Program-made: the position numbers and the translations under genes
The notes under the pieces: generated by a model
The model's database searches: none
What the model was told of the DNA's origin: nothing
Seen by the model: only the letters and a program-made list of their open reading frames with translations
Assembly: GCA_965216395.1 (NCBI GenBank)
Contig: OZ244156.1
Location: 648,765-712,764, forward strand
Length of the DNA: 64,000 bases
Direction of reading: 5' to 3'
From: Alphaproteobacteria bacterium
GTDB taxonomy: Bacteria > Pseudomonadota > Alphaproteobacteria > Micavibrionales > SZUA-601
In this document: in pieces, positions 1 through 9,979 of the stretch
Numbering within the stretch: position 1 is the stretch's first letter
Layout of the letters: every line of letters starts with the position of its first letter

Positions 1-575
1 AAGTCATGGATCATGTTCATGAAAGTCCATGGATCATGAATGCGCCACTCATCATTTTAATGATTGGAGCCATTTTTTCAGGTATGTGGGGCTATGACTA
101 TTTTGTTGGTCATGGTCGTTTTGAATTTTGGGGTGATACACTATCCATGTCGATCCGTGATATTTTAGAAGCGGCACATCATGTTCCATATTGGGTTAAA
201 AAATTGCCGATTGTGGCTGGTTTGTTGGGCATAGGTTTGGCTTATTGGATGTATCTTTTAAATCCACAAGCGCCAAAAACGTCAACTCAACTTTTTGCTC
301 CGCTATATAAACTGTTCAAAAACAAGTGGTTTTTTGACGTTACCTATGATTTTCTATTTGTACGCTTTTCTTTGTTTTTAGGGCGTATCTTTTCAAATTA
401 TGGTGACAAGGAAATTATTGATCGATATGGGCCTAATGGCGTGGCTTTGACCATACGCAAGGCGACAAGGAAAATAAGTCAAATTCAGACGGGTTATATC
501 TTTAATTACGCGACAACTATGTTAGCGGGGTTAGTTTTGATCTTAGGTTATCTTTTATATAAGGCGATGGGGTAG
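1..575 (+). CDS. nuoL: NADH-quinone oxidoreductase subunit L, C-terminal fragment (gene begins upstream of window)
   Basis: The frame is open from base 3 with no upstream stop. The C-terminal segment is hydrophobic. nuoM and nuoN follow directly in canonical nuo order. Confidence 0.8.
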   Translation, partial: VMDHVHESPWIMNAPLIILMIGAIFSGMWGYDYFVGHGRFEFWGDTLSMSIRDILEAAHHVPYWVKKLPIVAGLLGIGLAYWMYLLNPQAPKTSTQLFAPLYKLFKNKWFFDVTYDFLFVRFSLFLGRIFSNYGDKEIIDRYGPNGVALTIRKATRKISQIQTGYIFNYATTMLAGLVLILGYLLYKAMG

Positions 576-580
576 TAGAA

Positions 581-2110
581 ATGCTTGCAACAGGTTTGCC
601 AATTTTATCGACATTGATTTTATTACCCTTAGTTGGCGTTTTATTTATCCTTATGACGAAGGGTGAAGACCAAGAACGTGTCGCTATGAATAGTCGTATG
701 ATCGCACTTTGTACCTCAATGATTACTTTCTTAGTGTCTTTAACGCTTTGGTTTGGTTTTGAAATTGATGGATCACAGTTTCAATATGTTGAAAAATTTT
801 CATGGCTACCAACATTAAATATTCACTATCATATTGGTATTGACGGTTTGTCGTTATTATTTGTCTTGTTGTCCACTTTCCTGACACCGCTTTGCATTTT
901 GGCCAGTTGGAAAACTATCCAAAAGCGTGTTCCAGAATATATGATCGCTTTTCTTATACTTGAAACCATGATGATTGGTATGTTTGTCGCACTGGATACT
1001 TTTCTTTTTTATATTTTCTTCGAAGCTATACTCATTCCGATGTTTATTATCATTGGTGTATGGGGTGGCGAAAATAGGGTTTATGCCTCTTTCAAACTCT
1101 TTCTTTATACGCTTTTAGGCTCGGTTCTTATGTTGATTGCGTTGATTGCAGTATATTTACATACTGGCACGAGTGACTTGCCCAAGCTTTTTGAAATGAA
1201 TCTGCCAATAATGATGCAAACATGGATATGGTGGGCATTTTTTGCGTCTTTTGCTGTGAAAATTCCGATGTGGCCGATGCATACATGGTTACCTGACGCC
1301 CATGTTCAAGCACCAACAGCCGGCTCTGTGATTTTAGCGGGCGTTCTTCTTAAAATGGGTGGCTATGGATTCTTACGTTTTTCTTTACCTCTCGCCCCTG
1401 TGGCCAGCCAAGAATTTGCATGGGTTATCATGGTGTTAAGCGTGATTGCTATAATTTATACATCCTTGATCGCGCTTGTTCAAACGGATATGAAAAAATT
1501 AATTGCTTATTCTTCAGTGGCCCATATGGGATTTGTGACATTGGGGATTTTTTCTTTGAATAAACAAGGAATTGAGGGCGGTATTTTTCAAATGCTTTCT
1601 CACGGGATTGTTTCGTCGGCGCTTTTCCTCTGTGTTGGTGTCGTTTATGATCGATTACATACCCGTGACATTCATCGTTATGGTGGTTTGGTCAATAATA
1701 TGCCGAAATACGCGGTTGTCTTTATGGTCTTTATGTTGGCATCGGTCGGTTTACCAGGAACCAGTGGTTTTGTTGGGGAGTTTTTATCTATTTTAGGGGC
1801 GTATCAAGCCAATACTATTTTTGCCAGTTTGGCCACACTGGGTATTATTCTTGGGGCTGCTTATATGTTATATCTCTACCGTTATGTCATTTTTGGTGCA
1901 TCTGTTCACAAAGATGCAGCTAAAATGAAAGACCTTTCGTTACGTGAAGTTGTTATTCTCGTACCTTTAGTTATTCTCATTTTTTGGATGGGTGTTTATC
2001 CACAACCTATTTTAAATGTTATGGAGCCAGCGGTTGATAATTTGCTAAATATTTATCAAAACTCGATGCGTGATCCATCTCTCCCCAACGCTGTGGAGGG
2101 CGTAAATTAA
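581..2110 (+). CDS. nuoM: NADH-quinone oxidoreductase subunit M
   Basis: 509-aa polytopic membrane protein of the antiporter-like NuoM type (WLPDAHVQAPTAGSVILAGVLLKMGGYG). GGGG SD upstream. Position between nuoL and nuoN. Confidence 0.95.
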   Translation: MLATGLPILSTLILLPLVGVLFILMTKGEDQERVAMNSRMIALCTSMITFLVSLTLWFGFEIDGSQFQYVEKFSWLPTLNIHYHIGIDGLSLLFVLLSTFLTPLCILASWKTIQKRVPEYMIAFLILETMMIGMFVALDTFLFYIFFEAILIPMFIIIGVWGGENRVYASFKLFLYTLLGSVLMLIALIAVYLHTGTSDLPKLFEMNLPIMMQTWIWWAFFASFAVKIPMWPMHTWLPDAHVQAPTAGSVILAGVLLKMGGYGFLRFSLPLAPVASQEFAWVIMVLSVIAIIYTSLIALVQTDMKKLIAYSSVAHMGFVTLGIFSLNKQGIEGGIFQMLSHGIVSSALFLCVGVVYDRLHTRDIHRYGGLVNNMPKYAVVFMVFMLASVGLPGTSGFVGEFLSILGAYQANTIFASLATLGIILGAAYMLYLYRYVIFGASVHKDAAKMKDLSLREVVILVPLVILIFWMGVYPQPILNVMEPAVDNLLNIYQNSMRDPSLPNAVEGVN

Positions 2111-3543
2111 TGTTGCATTTGTCCTTTATATCTTCTGAAATTGTTTTGGCGTTAAGCGCTTTATTAACGCTTATGATAGGGGCTTTTAAGGGGGGGAGAT
2201 CGGCAAGATTTGTGACGTGGTTTGCAATGATGGCTCTATTTGTGACAGGGGCTGTACTTATATTAAGTTATGATGGTGTCCATAGCCTTTTTGACGGCAT
2301 GTTCATTGTTGATCCTTTTGCATTGATCATGAAAATTTTGATCCTTTTGAGTGCTTTGATCAGTTTATTTCTCTCTCTCCCTTTTTTCGAAAAACAAGGT
2401 GATCATCGTTTTGAATACCCTGTTCTCATTTTGCTTTCTACATTGGGTATGTTTGCCATGGTTTCGGCGCATGATATGCTTTCACTCTATATGGGGATAG
2501 AACTACAATCCTTAGCGCTTTATGTTCTAGCAACAATACGGCGCGATCATTTGCTTTCCAATGAGGCAGGACTGAAATATTTCATTTTGGGCGCTTTATC
2601 TTCAGGAATATTACTTTATGGCATTTCAATAATTTATGGATATGCAGGAACCATTAATTATCATGCTTTGGCCGATTTATTAAGTTTCGATCAAGAAATG
2701 TCTGTGGGTCTTATTGTTGGAATTGTCTTTCTTCTTTCAGGTTTAGCTTTTAAAATTTCAGCGGCACCTTTTCATATGTGGACACCCGATGTATATCAAG
2801 GCGCGCCAACATCTGTGACAATGCTTTTTTCAATGGCACCAAAACTGGCAGGATTTGCCGTGATTATACGGTTATTAAGTTATCCTTTTCTAGATATGGT
2901 TGATCAATGGCAACAAGTTGTTGTTGCTTTGTCGGCTCTTTCAATGATTGTCGGTGCTTTAGGAGGGATTGCGCAAACCAATATAAAACGCTTATTAGCC
3001 TATAGTTCAATTGGCCATATGGGGTATGCGCTAATGGGTTTGGCCTCTGGCCAAGTTTTTGGTGTCGAAGCGATTGTTTTTTATCTGACTGTTTATTTAA
3101 TTGCTAATATTGGTGTTTTTGCCATTGTTATGTTGATGCGCCATAAGGATCAACCAACAGAAAATATTGCTGATTTATCCGGTTTATCGAAAACCAACCC
3201 TATTATGGCTCTATCGATGACGGTTTTAATGTTTTCCATGGCTGGTATTCCTCCTATGGCTGGATTTTTAGGCAAGCTTTATGTGTTTAAAGCTACCATT
3301 GAAGGCGGATTGGTCTATTTAGCCGTTTTTGGTGTTGTGACCAGCGTGATTGGGGCTTATTATTATCTGCGTATTGTGAAATTAATGTATTTCGATGAAC
3401 CTATTCTTATACTTGATCAGCCTGAGCAAAAATCACTCACTTGGTCTATGGTGATATCAGCTATTTTATCGGTCATCCTGATTGCTATGCCAGGCTATGT
3501 TATGAATATTGCTCAGTTTGCAGCCAAAGCTTTTATGTTATAG
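2110..3543 (+). CDS. nuoN: NADH-quinone oxidoreductase subunit N
   Basis: 477-aa membrane protein with the PFHMWTPDVYQGAPT motif. TAATG overlap with nuoM. Confidence 0.95.
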   Translation: MLHLSFISSEIVLALSALLTLMIGAFKGGRSARFVTWFAMMALFVTGAVLILSYDGVHSLFDGMFIVDPFALIMKILILLSALISLFLSLPFFEKQGDHRFEYPVLILLSTLGMFAMVSAHDMLSLYMGIELQSLALYVLATIRRDHLLSNEAGLKYFILGALSSGILLYGISIIYGYAGTINYHALADLLSFDQEMSVGLIVGIVFLLSGLAFKISAAPFHMWTPDVYQGAPTSVTMLFSMAPKLAGFAVIIRLLSYPFLDMVDQWQQVVVALSALSMIVGALGGIAQTNIKRLLAYSSIGHMGYALMGLASGQVFGVEAIVFYLTVYLIANIGVFAIVMLMRHKDQPTENIADLSGLSKTNPIMALSMTVLMFSMAGIPPMAGFLGKLYVFKATIEGGLVYLAVFGVVTSVIGAYYYLRIVKLMYFDEPILILDQPEQKSLTWSMVISAILSVILIAMPGYVMNIAQFAAKAFML

Positions 3544-3554
3544 GTGCTGGTGTT

Positions 3555-4007
3555 ATGACTGTATCAATTCGCCCAGCAATAGTTGATGATTGTGGTATTA
3601 TTTATGACTTTATACAAAAAATTGGTCATGAAGGTGAATTTTCTGATTGGTATATTGGAAATATTCATGGCGTAGAAAAACAATTTTTTGGCTCTGATAA
3701 GATTGCACATGCTTTTATTGCCACAAAAAATAAAAAGCCAATTGGTTTTGTTGTTTTTACTTATATTTTCTTTGGACCAGAAACCTCGAAAATTATTTAC
3801 TTGCATTACTTATATGTTTTACCTGATGAAAGATTGAAAGGTGTTGGTAGCAGCTTGATCAATTATTTAAAAACTTATGCTAAAAAAAAGAACATTAAGA
3901 GAATTCGCTTTATTTGTGAAAATGATAATGTTAAGGCAAGAGAATTTTATCAAAAATTTAATTCAGAAGAATATCCGCAAGTATTAACAATTGATTTGCC
4001 CTTATAG
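3555..4007 (+). CDS. GNAT-family N-acetyltransferase (small, ~150 aa)
   Basis: Acetyl-CoA binding motif A-like stretch (VLPDERLKGVGSSLINYL). The ATG at 3555 is preferred over the tracked start at 3441, which overlaps the nuoN 3' end. More AT-rich than its neighbours. Confidence 0.65.
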   Translation: MTVSIRPAIVDDCGIIYDFIQKIGHEGEFSDWYIGNIHGVEKQFFGSDKIAHAFIATKNKKPIGFVVFTYIFFGPETSKIIYLHYLYVLPDERLKGVGSSLINYLKTYAKKKNIKRIRFICENDNVKAREFYQKFNSEEYPQVLTIDLPL

Positions 4008-4010
4008 AAC

Positions 4011-4721
4011 ATGGCTTGGAAACTGCATCACTTTTTAACAATTGATAGTACGAATTCGCATGCAAAGAGAGTTCTACAAGATGGTCAGGCGTCTAGTGGT
4101 GATGTCTTTTATGCGGATATCCAAACATCATCTTATGGGCGTCGTGGTCGTAATTGGCAATCGCCAAAGGGAAATTTATATGCAACATTATTGATTGAAA
4201 AACCCAATCAATTGGCACAAATTCCTTTTGTTTTTGGTTTGTCTTTGTTTGAAGTTCTTAGTAAATACGCCGATGAATCGCAAATTTTGAAACTCAAATG
4301 GCCAAATGATGTTTTGCTTAATGATGGGAAGCTCGCGGGTGTTTTGTTAGAAGTTGAAGGGGATTATTTACTTATTGGCTTCGGCGTTAATTTGATTGTT
4401 GCCCCTAAAACGGACCAAAATGTTGCCACTTTACGCAAACCGATCCATACCAAAGATGTATTAACTGCGGTTTTAAAACGCTTTGATGCCTATAAAACAA
4501 TATGGCAGAAATCTGGTTTTGCAGAAATTCATAAAAAATGGTTGGCAAATGCCCATGGTCTGAATAAAAAGATAGTGGCACGCTTTCCTGATGGATCAGA
4601 AAAAATAGGTATATTTAAAACAATCACCATGGATGGGGCGCTGATTCTTGAAACGGAAAATAATGATTTATTGGAAATATCCACTGCGGATATATTTTTT
4701 AAAGGTTTAAATGACGGATAA
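4011..4721 (+). CDS. birA: Biotin--[acetyl-CoA-carboxylase] ligase, group I (no N-terminal HTH)
   Basis: GRRGRNWQSPKGNLY biotin-ligase signature and KWPNDVLL motif. 236 aa. Usual alphaproteobacterial position after nuoN. Confidence 0.85.
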   Translation: MAWKLHHFLTIDSTNSHAKRVLQDGQASSGDVFYADIQTSSYGRRGRNWQSPKGNLYATLLIEKPNQLAQIPFVFGLSLFEVLSKYADESQILKLKWPNDVLLNDGKLAGVLLEVEGDYLLIGFGVNLIVAPKTDQNVATLRKPIHTKDVLTAVLKRFDAYKTIWQKSGFAEIHKKWLANAHGLNKKIVARFPDGSEKIGIFKTITMDGALILETENNDLLEISTADIFFKGLNDG

Positions 4722-6399
4722 AAATATTAAATTGAATGATGACAGGCTAACTTTTATCTCTTTTGGTGGTGCAGGGCGTTTTGAGGGTAATCTAAACGCT
4801 TATTGTTTTCAGGGAAAAATATTACTGATTGATTGTGGGCTTGGTTTTGCTGATGATTATCATCCAGGGGTGGATATTATTTTACCCGACCCACAATGGC
4901 TTGAGGCAAGACAAGAGGATATTGTAGGTTTGATAGTCACGCATGCGCATGAAGATCATGTTGGCGCAGTGGGGCATTTGTGGCATCATTTTGATTGCCC
5001 TATTTATGCAACCCCTTTCACCGCACAGGTTGTTAAACGCAAATTATCGGATCATGGAAAAAATAAATCAGGGATTATTTGCCAAATACCCCTTGAAGGT
5101 GAGGTTAACCTTGCGCCTTTTATGGTTAAATTAATCAATACATCTCACAGCACACCAGATGCTTCCATGGTTTTTATTCAAACGGATCACGCCAATGTTT
5201 TACATACAGGCGATTGGTGTCTTGATGATAACCCCGTTATGACAGAAAGGGTTAACCAGGAGTATTTACAGACATTAGGCAATCAAGGATTGGTCGATAT
5301 TTTAGTATCTGATTCGACGAATGCTGTAAAAAGAGGGCAAGGTGGATCTTTTTCTGATCTCTATCAATCCTTCGCAAAAGTTTTAGAACAGTCAGAACAT
5401 AGCATTGTTTTTGCTTGTCAGGGCTATTCAGCTCTTTCACGTATTCAGGTTCTTGGGGAAATTGCAGGCGAATATGGACGTAAAATTGCTATTTCCGGCG
5501 GTTCAATTAAACGTTCTTACGATATTGCAGTTGATCTGGGTATGATTGAAAGAAGTGCTAATATTATATCTGATAGAGAAATGATGCAATTGCCGCGCCA
5601 TGAACGTATTTTTGTCTGTACTGGTTCACAGGGTGAAAAGCGTGCCGCACTTACTCGGATTGCTTATGAAAATCATCATATTATTAAATTGTCAGCAGGA
5701 GATGTTGTTGTGTTTTCTGCGCGCATTATTCCAGGGCGTGAAAAAGCGATTGCGGATATGAAACGAGCCTTAGGCTTATCAGGGGTTGAAATTATCACGA
5801 ATAGTGAAATCCCAAACGTATATATCAGTGGTCATGCTTATGCGGATGAAATAAAGAAATTGTACCAATGGGTCAAACCCAAAGCTGTTTTACCTATCCA
5901 TGGTGATTTTGATCATCAAATCTGTCAAGCTGATTTAGCCTATGATGTAGGGGTCACAGAAAGTTATGTACCGCGCAATGGCGATGTGATTGAGATTGGT
6001 CACGATAAAATGCTTCAATTTATGGGGCAGGTTGACCATGGATATTTAGCGGTTGATGGCCACCGTATTATTTCTGCCCATGAATCTCGATCTATGCAAG
6101 AACGGCGTAAAATTGCACAAAATGGCGTGGTTTCTGTCACGCTTGTGTTGAACGTAAAACATAAAATGATACAAGAACCATTGATCAGTATTGTCGGGTT
6201 AACAGAAGAGGATGAGCAAGAAATCATCCTTAATCAAGCCTTATGTCAACAGGTTGAAAAATATTACAATAAAGTTGATAAGGCTGATTTGACGAAAGCC
6301 TCCGTTGTTTATGAGCAAATCCGCCTTGGTGTGATGCGCTATATCCGTGATAAATTAGGTAAAAAACCTTTTGTAACAACCCATATAATAAGAGTATAA
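4711..6399 (+). CDS. rnj: Ribonuclease J (metallo-beta-lactamase / beta-CASP family)
   Basis: THAHEDHVGA metallo-beta-lactamase motif. 562 aa. 11-nt overlap with birA. Confidence 0.85.
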   Translation: MTDKNIKLNDDRLTFISFGGAGRFEGNLNAYCFQGKILLIDCGLGFADDYHPGVDIILPDPQWLEARQEDIVGLIVTHAHEDHVGAVGHLWHHFDCPIYATPFTAQVVKRKLSDHGKNKSGIICQIPLEGEVNLAPFMVKLINTSHSTPDASMVFIQTDHANVLHTGDWCLDDNPVMTERVNQEYLQTLGNQGLVDILVSDSTNAVKRGQGGSFSDLYQSFAKVLEQSEHSIVFACQGYSALSRIQVLGEIAGEYGRKIAISGGSIKRSYDIAVDLGMIERSANIISDREMMQLPRHERIFVCTGSQGEKRAALTRIAYENHHIIKLSAGDVVVFSARIIPGREKAIADMKRALGLSGVEIITNSEIPNVYISGHAYADEIKKLYQWVKPKAVLPIHGDFDHQICQADLAYDVGVTESYVPRNGDVIEIGHDKMLQFMGQVDHGYLAVDGHRIISAHESRSMQERRKIAQNGVVSVTLVLNVKHKMIQEPLISIVGLTEEDEQEIILNQALCQQVEKYYNKVDKADLTKASVVYEQIRLGVMRYIRDKLGKKPFVTTHIIRV

Positions 6400-6407
6400 A
6401 TTTAAAA

Positions 6408-6650
6408 GTGACTTGGTTAACCGCAATTTTTACGTATTTTCTTATCTGGTGGACAGCTTTATTTATCGTTTTACCAATTGGCGTGAAACGTGATGAAAAT
6501 CCAGAAAAAGGGCATGATAGTGGCGCACCATTCAAAGCTAAACTTAAGCAAAAAATGATTATAACAACAATAATATCACTGTTTATTTGGGGGGTTATTG
6601 TTTTGTTGTTTGAAACAGGTTTTTTAAATTATCGACAGATTGTGAGTTAA
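6408..6650 (+). CDS. DUF1467-family small membrane protein
   Basis: 80 aa with a GTG start and two TM helices. The IWWTALFIVLPIGV...HDSGAP pattern is typical of the conserved alphaproteobacterial DUF1467 family. Confidence 0.65.
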   Translation: MTWLTAIFTYFLIWWTALFIVLPIGVKRDENPEKGHDSGAPFKAKLKQKMIITTIISLFIWGVIVLLFETGFLNYRQIVS

Positions 6651-6652
6651 TT

Positions 6653-6967
6653 ATGTTTTATATTAAGTTGTTTATTTTTATATGTTTATTATCTTTTGTT
6701 AATGTTAATTATAGTTATTCTTATGGTGATATAAATTTTAATGATGCGTGTAAATTTTACACCAAACATGTCGCTGATACGGATGTAGATTATTTAGATG
6801 GATATGATGTTTACGGTGAACCAGTTGTGCCTGCGGAAATAGAAACACATAAAGAACTTAGTTTTCCAAAAAAATTCTATGTTAATCTAAAATTTGAACA
6901 ATTGCGTCGACTTAAAGTATTAACGGATGAAAAAACTTTCAGCAGAGCTTTATGCGGGACAAATTGA
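6653..6967 (+). CDS. Hypothetical exported protein (possibly the 5' part of a frameshifted gene that continues to 7061)
   Basis: N-terminal signal-peptide-like segment (MFYIKLFIFICLLSFVNVNYSYS). A coherent 44-codon reading frame continues in the +1 frame from an A6 run at 6930-6935 to a stop at 7059-7061. Confidence 0.45.
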   Translation: MFYIKLFIFICLLSFVNVNYSYSYGDINFNDACKFYTKHVADTDVDYLDGYDVYGEPVVPAEIETHKELSFPKKFYVNLKFEQLRRLKVLTDEKTFSRALCGTN

Positions 6968-7057
6968 AATTGATCCGTTATTAGAGATTGTGAAATATAA
7001 TGGCCAAGAAATTAATCAAAGCGATTTTGAAGTTTTATGTATGCAATCGGGCCATTT

Positions 7058-8566
7058 TTAATAGGAACGTGCATAGATAACATCTAAGGTTGCGTCCCGT
7101 CCTGTCAATAAACATTTACCCAGTGATCCTGATTGATCTTGCGGGATAACACGAATGGTTAATTTCTTTTCTTTTAAAAGTGAGGTAGTGGCTTCAATAT
7201 CTTCACACCATTTACCACGCACAAATCCGGGATTTTTGTCATTATCAATAATATAACCATTATCTCTTTTAAAATGCGCATTGAGTTCATCGGGATGAGT
7301 CAGTGTTTTTAAATGTAGATCCCGATATTCTTTGGCTTGCTGAAATAATGCTTGATGGACATTATCTAAATAGGGCACAACATTCTCAATAAATTGACTA
7401 CGTGGTACAAAATCTGGTTTTGTTTCCATCTCATGACGTAATTTCATGGCTAGTTTTCCACTGTCAACATCGCGTTGGCCAATTTCTAAAACAATGGGAA
7501 CGCCTTTTTTTATCCAATCCCATTTTTTGTCTTTGGCGTCTCTATTACGATCATCGAGGTGAATTCTAATTTTTTCATCGCCATAAAATTGTTGCTTTAC
7601 GTCGTCTATAATATTCTTTGCATAATTGAATATAGCCTCTTTTGTATTCTCATCACGGATAATAGGGACAATCACAATTTGTTTCGGTGCAATTCTTGGC
7701 GGCAAACGCAGACCAATATCGTCACTATGCGTCATGATTAGGCCGCCAATTAAACGTGTGGAAACTCCCCATGATGTTGTATGAACATGTTGCATATCGC
7801 CTTGATCATCTTGATATTGAATATGCGCGGCTTTAGCAAATGTTTGACCCAAATAGTGCGACGTGCCCATCTGTAAGGCCTTGCCGTCTTGCATCATGGC
7901 TTCTAATGTATAGGTTTCCACGGCGCCTGGGAAACGTTCATCTGGTGATTTAGGGCCCGTGATTACAGGAATAGCCATATAATCTTCGATCAGAATACGG
8001 TAAATTTCTAACATTTGTAAGGTTTCAGACTCGGCTTCGGCCGCTGTCGCATGGGCTGTGTGTCCTTCTTGCCATAGAAATTCTGCTGTTCTAAGGAAAA
8101 GGCGGGTGCGCATTTCCCAACGCATAACATTGGCCCATTGGTTCAGTTTAAGCGGAAGATCACGATATGACTGAATCCATTTTGACATAGATTCCGCAAT
8201 CACCGTTTCCGAAGTAGGTCGGATGACCAAAGGTTCGTCTAATTGGCCATCAATTTTTAATTGGCCATTGTCGTTGGTTAATTTTGTATGGGTGACCATC
8301 GCCATTTCTTTGGCAAACCCGTCAATATGTTCAGCTTCTTTTTCAAACAAACGCAACGGGATTAAGAGTGGAAAATAACAGTTATCATGTCCAGTTTCTT
8401 TGATCATATCATCAAGCAAGCGCTGAATTCTTTCCCAAATGCCATAACCCCATGGTTTAATGACCATACATCCACGCACCATAGAATTTTCGGCCATATC
8501 GGCCGCTTGGATAACATCTTGATACCATTGTGGAAAATTTTTCTTACGTGTCGTTGACAAAGACAT
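7058..8566 (-). CDS. proS: Proline--tRNA ligase, Thermus/archaeal-eukaryotic-like type (no INS editing domain, C-terminal Tyr)
   Basis: 502 aa. Class II motifs (RPTSET, FLRTAEFLWQEGHTAH, GTSHYLG). N-terminal FPQWY...VRGC. The protein ends ...ARSY, as in Thermus-type ProRS. Confidence 0.92.
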   Translation of the reverse strand: MSLSTTRKKNFPQWYQDVIQAADMAENSMVRGCMVIKPWGYGIWERIQRLLDDMIKETGHDNCYFPLLIPLRLFEKEAEHIDGFAKEMAMVTHTKLTNDNGQLKIDGQLDEPLVIRPTSETVIAESMSKWIQSYRDLPLKLNQWANVMRWEMRTRLFLRTAEFLWQEGHTAHATAAEAESETLQMLEIYRILIEDYMAIPVITGPKSPDERFPGAVETYTLEAMMQDGKALQMGTSHYLGQTFAKAAHIQYQDDQGDMQHVHTTSWGVSTRLIGGLIMTHSDDIGLRLPPRIAPKQIVIVPIIRDENTKEAIFNYAKNIIDDVKQQFYGDEKIRIHLDDRNRDAKDKKWDWIKKGVPIVLEIGQRDVDSGKLAMKLRHEMETKPDFVPRSQFIENVVPYLDNVHQALFQQAKEYRDLHLKTLTHPDELNAHFKRDNGYIIDNDKNPGFVRGKWCEDIEATTSLLKEKKLTIRVIPQDQSGSLGKCLLTGRDATLDVIYARSY

Positions 8567-8708
8567 ATAAAACGCACTTTCATTTAAGTTGAAAATAAAT
8601 ATATGGCGTATTTTTTAAACGAAAAATATAAAAAGCGCAATAACCAAGCTAGACAGAATTGCAATATTACCTTAGTTTCTATCATGAAAAATAATAACAG
8701 GATTTTAA

Positions 8709-9953
8709 ATGATTTTTTCTGCTTTTGAACGAATGGTGGCATGGCGATATTTCCGCGCAAAACGGCGTGAGAGTTTTATTGCGGTGATTACTGGCTTCTC
8801 GCTGATTGGTATTGCTCTAGGTGTGGCGACTTTGATTATCGTGATGTCCGTGATGAACGGGTTTCGTCATGAATTGGTCAGCCGTATTTTAGGTTTAAAT
8901 GGTCATCTCAACGTCTATTCAACCACTGGCGCGATGACCGATTATATATATAATACGGATCTGATTAAAGGGGTATCGGGCGTTACGCGGGTCACACCAA
9001 CAGTAGAAGCACAAGCCTTAGTTACGGCGCGCGGTCTTAGTTCCGGCGCGGTTGTGCGTGGGATATCGGTTACAAGTTTTGCAGAAAAGAAACTGCTTTT
9101 TGACGCTGTTCCGGTAGAATATAGAAATAATTTCCGTGGCGATCAAATTTTAATTGGTCATGAGATGGCACGCCGCATGGGGGTAAAAGTTGGTGATCAT
9201 CTCACACTGGTTAGTCCTAAGGGAAAAACAACACCCTTTGGCACAGTACCGCGTAGTCGCGCTTACCCTATTGGGGGAATTTTTGATGTGGGTATGTTTG
9301 AATATGACAGCGGTTTTGTCTTTATGCCCCTTGAAACGGCACAGCAATTTTTTCAATTTCCAGAAACTGTTACAACATTAGAAATCATGATCGATAATCC
9401 GCAAAACTATGCTTCATTGGCACAACGGATTGCTACAGGAGTTGGGACAGGGTATTATGTGACGGATTGGCAAGAAATGAACAGCAGTTTTTTCAACGCA
9501 CTTCAGGTTGAACGTAATGTTATGTTTCTTATTTTAACCATGATTATATTGGTGGCCGCCTTTAACATTATATCCTCGCTCATAATGTTGGTAAAAGATA
9601 AGGGGCGTGATATTGCTATTTTACGAACAATGGGCGCAACAAAGGGCGCCGTGATGCGGATATTTTTCCTCACAGGTGCACGCATCGGTGTCATGGGGAC
9701 TGTTTTTGGCGCCTTTTTGGGCATTTTGATTGCGTTAAATATCGGTAAGTTACAAAATTTTATTGAGCAAACGACAGGGAGTTCTCTTTTCCCAGCAGAG
9801 GTTTATTTTTTAAGTAATTTACCGTCCATCGTTGAATGGGAAGAAGTGTTTGCAGTGGTCGCTATGGCGTTATTCTTATCTTTTGCAGCAACCATATATC
9901 CCAGTTGGCGCGCCGCCAAATTGGATCCCATTGCCGCCCTTCGTTACGAATAA
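8709..9953 (+). CDS. lolC: Lipoprotein-releasing system transmembrane subunit LolC/LolE
   Basis: 414 aa with the MacB/FtsX-like topology: N-terminal TM, periplasmic domain, then three C-terminal TMs. Adjacent lolD. Confidence 0.85.
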   Translation: MIFSAFERMVAWRYFRAKRRESFIAVITGFSLIGIALGVATLIIVMSVMNGFRHELVSRILGLNGHLNVYSTTGAMTDYIYNTDLIKGVSGVTRVTPTVEAQALVTARGLSSGAVVRGISVTSFAEKKLLFDAVPVEYRNNFRGDQILIGHEMARRMGVKVGDHLTLVSPKGKTTPFGTVPRSRAYPIGGIFDVGMFEYDSGFVFMPLETAQQFFQFPETVTTLEIMIDNPQNYASLAQRIATGVGTGYYVTDWQEMNSSFFNALQVERNVMFLILTMIILVAAFNIISSLIMLVKDKGRDIAILRTMGATKGAVMRIFFLTGARIGVMGTVFGAFLGILIALNIGKLQNFIEQTTGSSLFPAEVYFLSNLPSIVEWEEVFAVVAMALFLSFAATIYPSWRAAKLDPIAALRYE

Positions 9954-9979
9954 ATTGACTTTTAAGAAAGTAAAAATAA

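Noticed and set aside
3441-3554. Longer version of the GNAT ORF starting inside nuoN
   Set aside because: The extension overlaps the nuoN 3' end in another frame and translates to a hydrophobic, non-GNAT-like peptide. The ATG at 3555, just after the nuoN stop, fits better.
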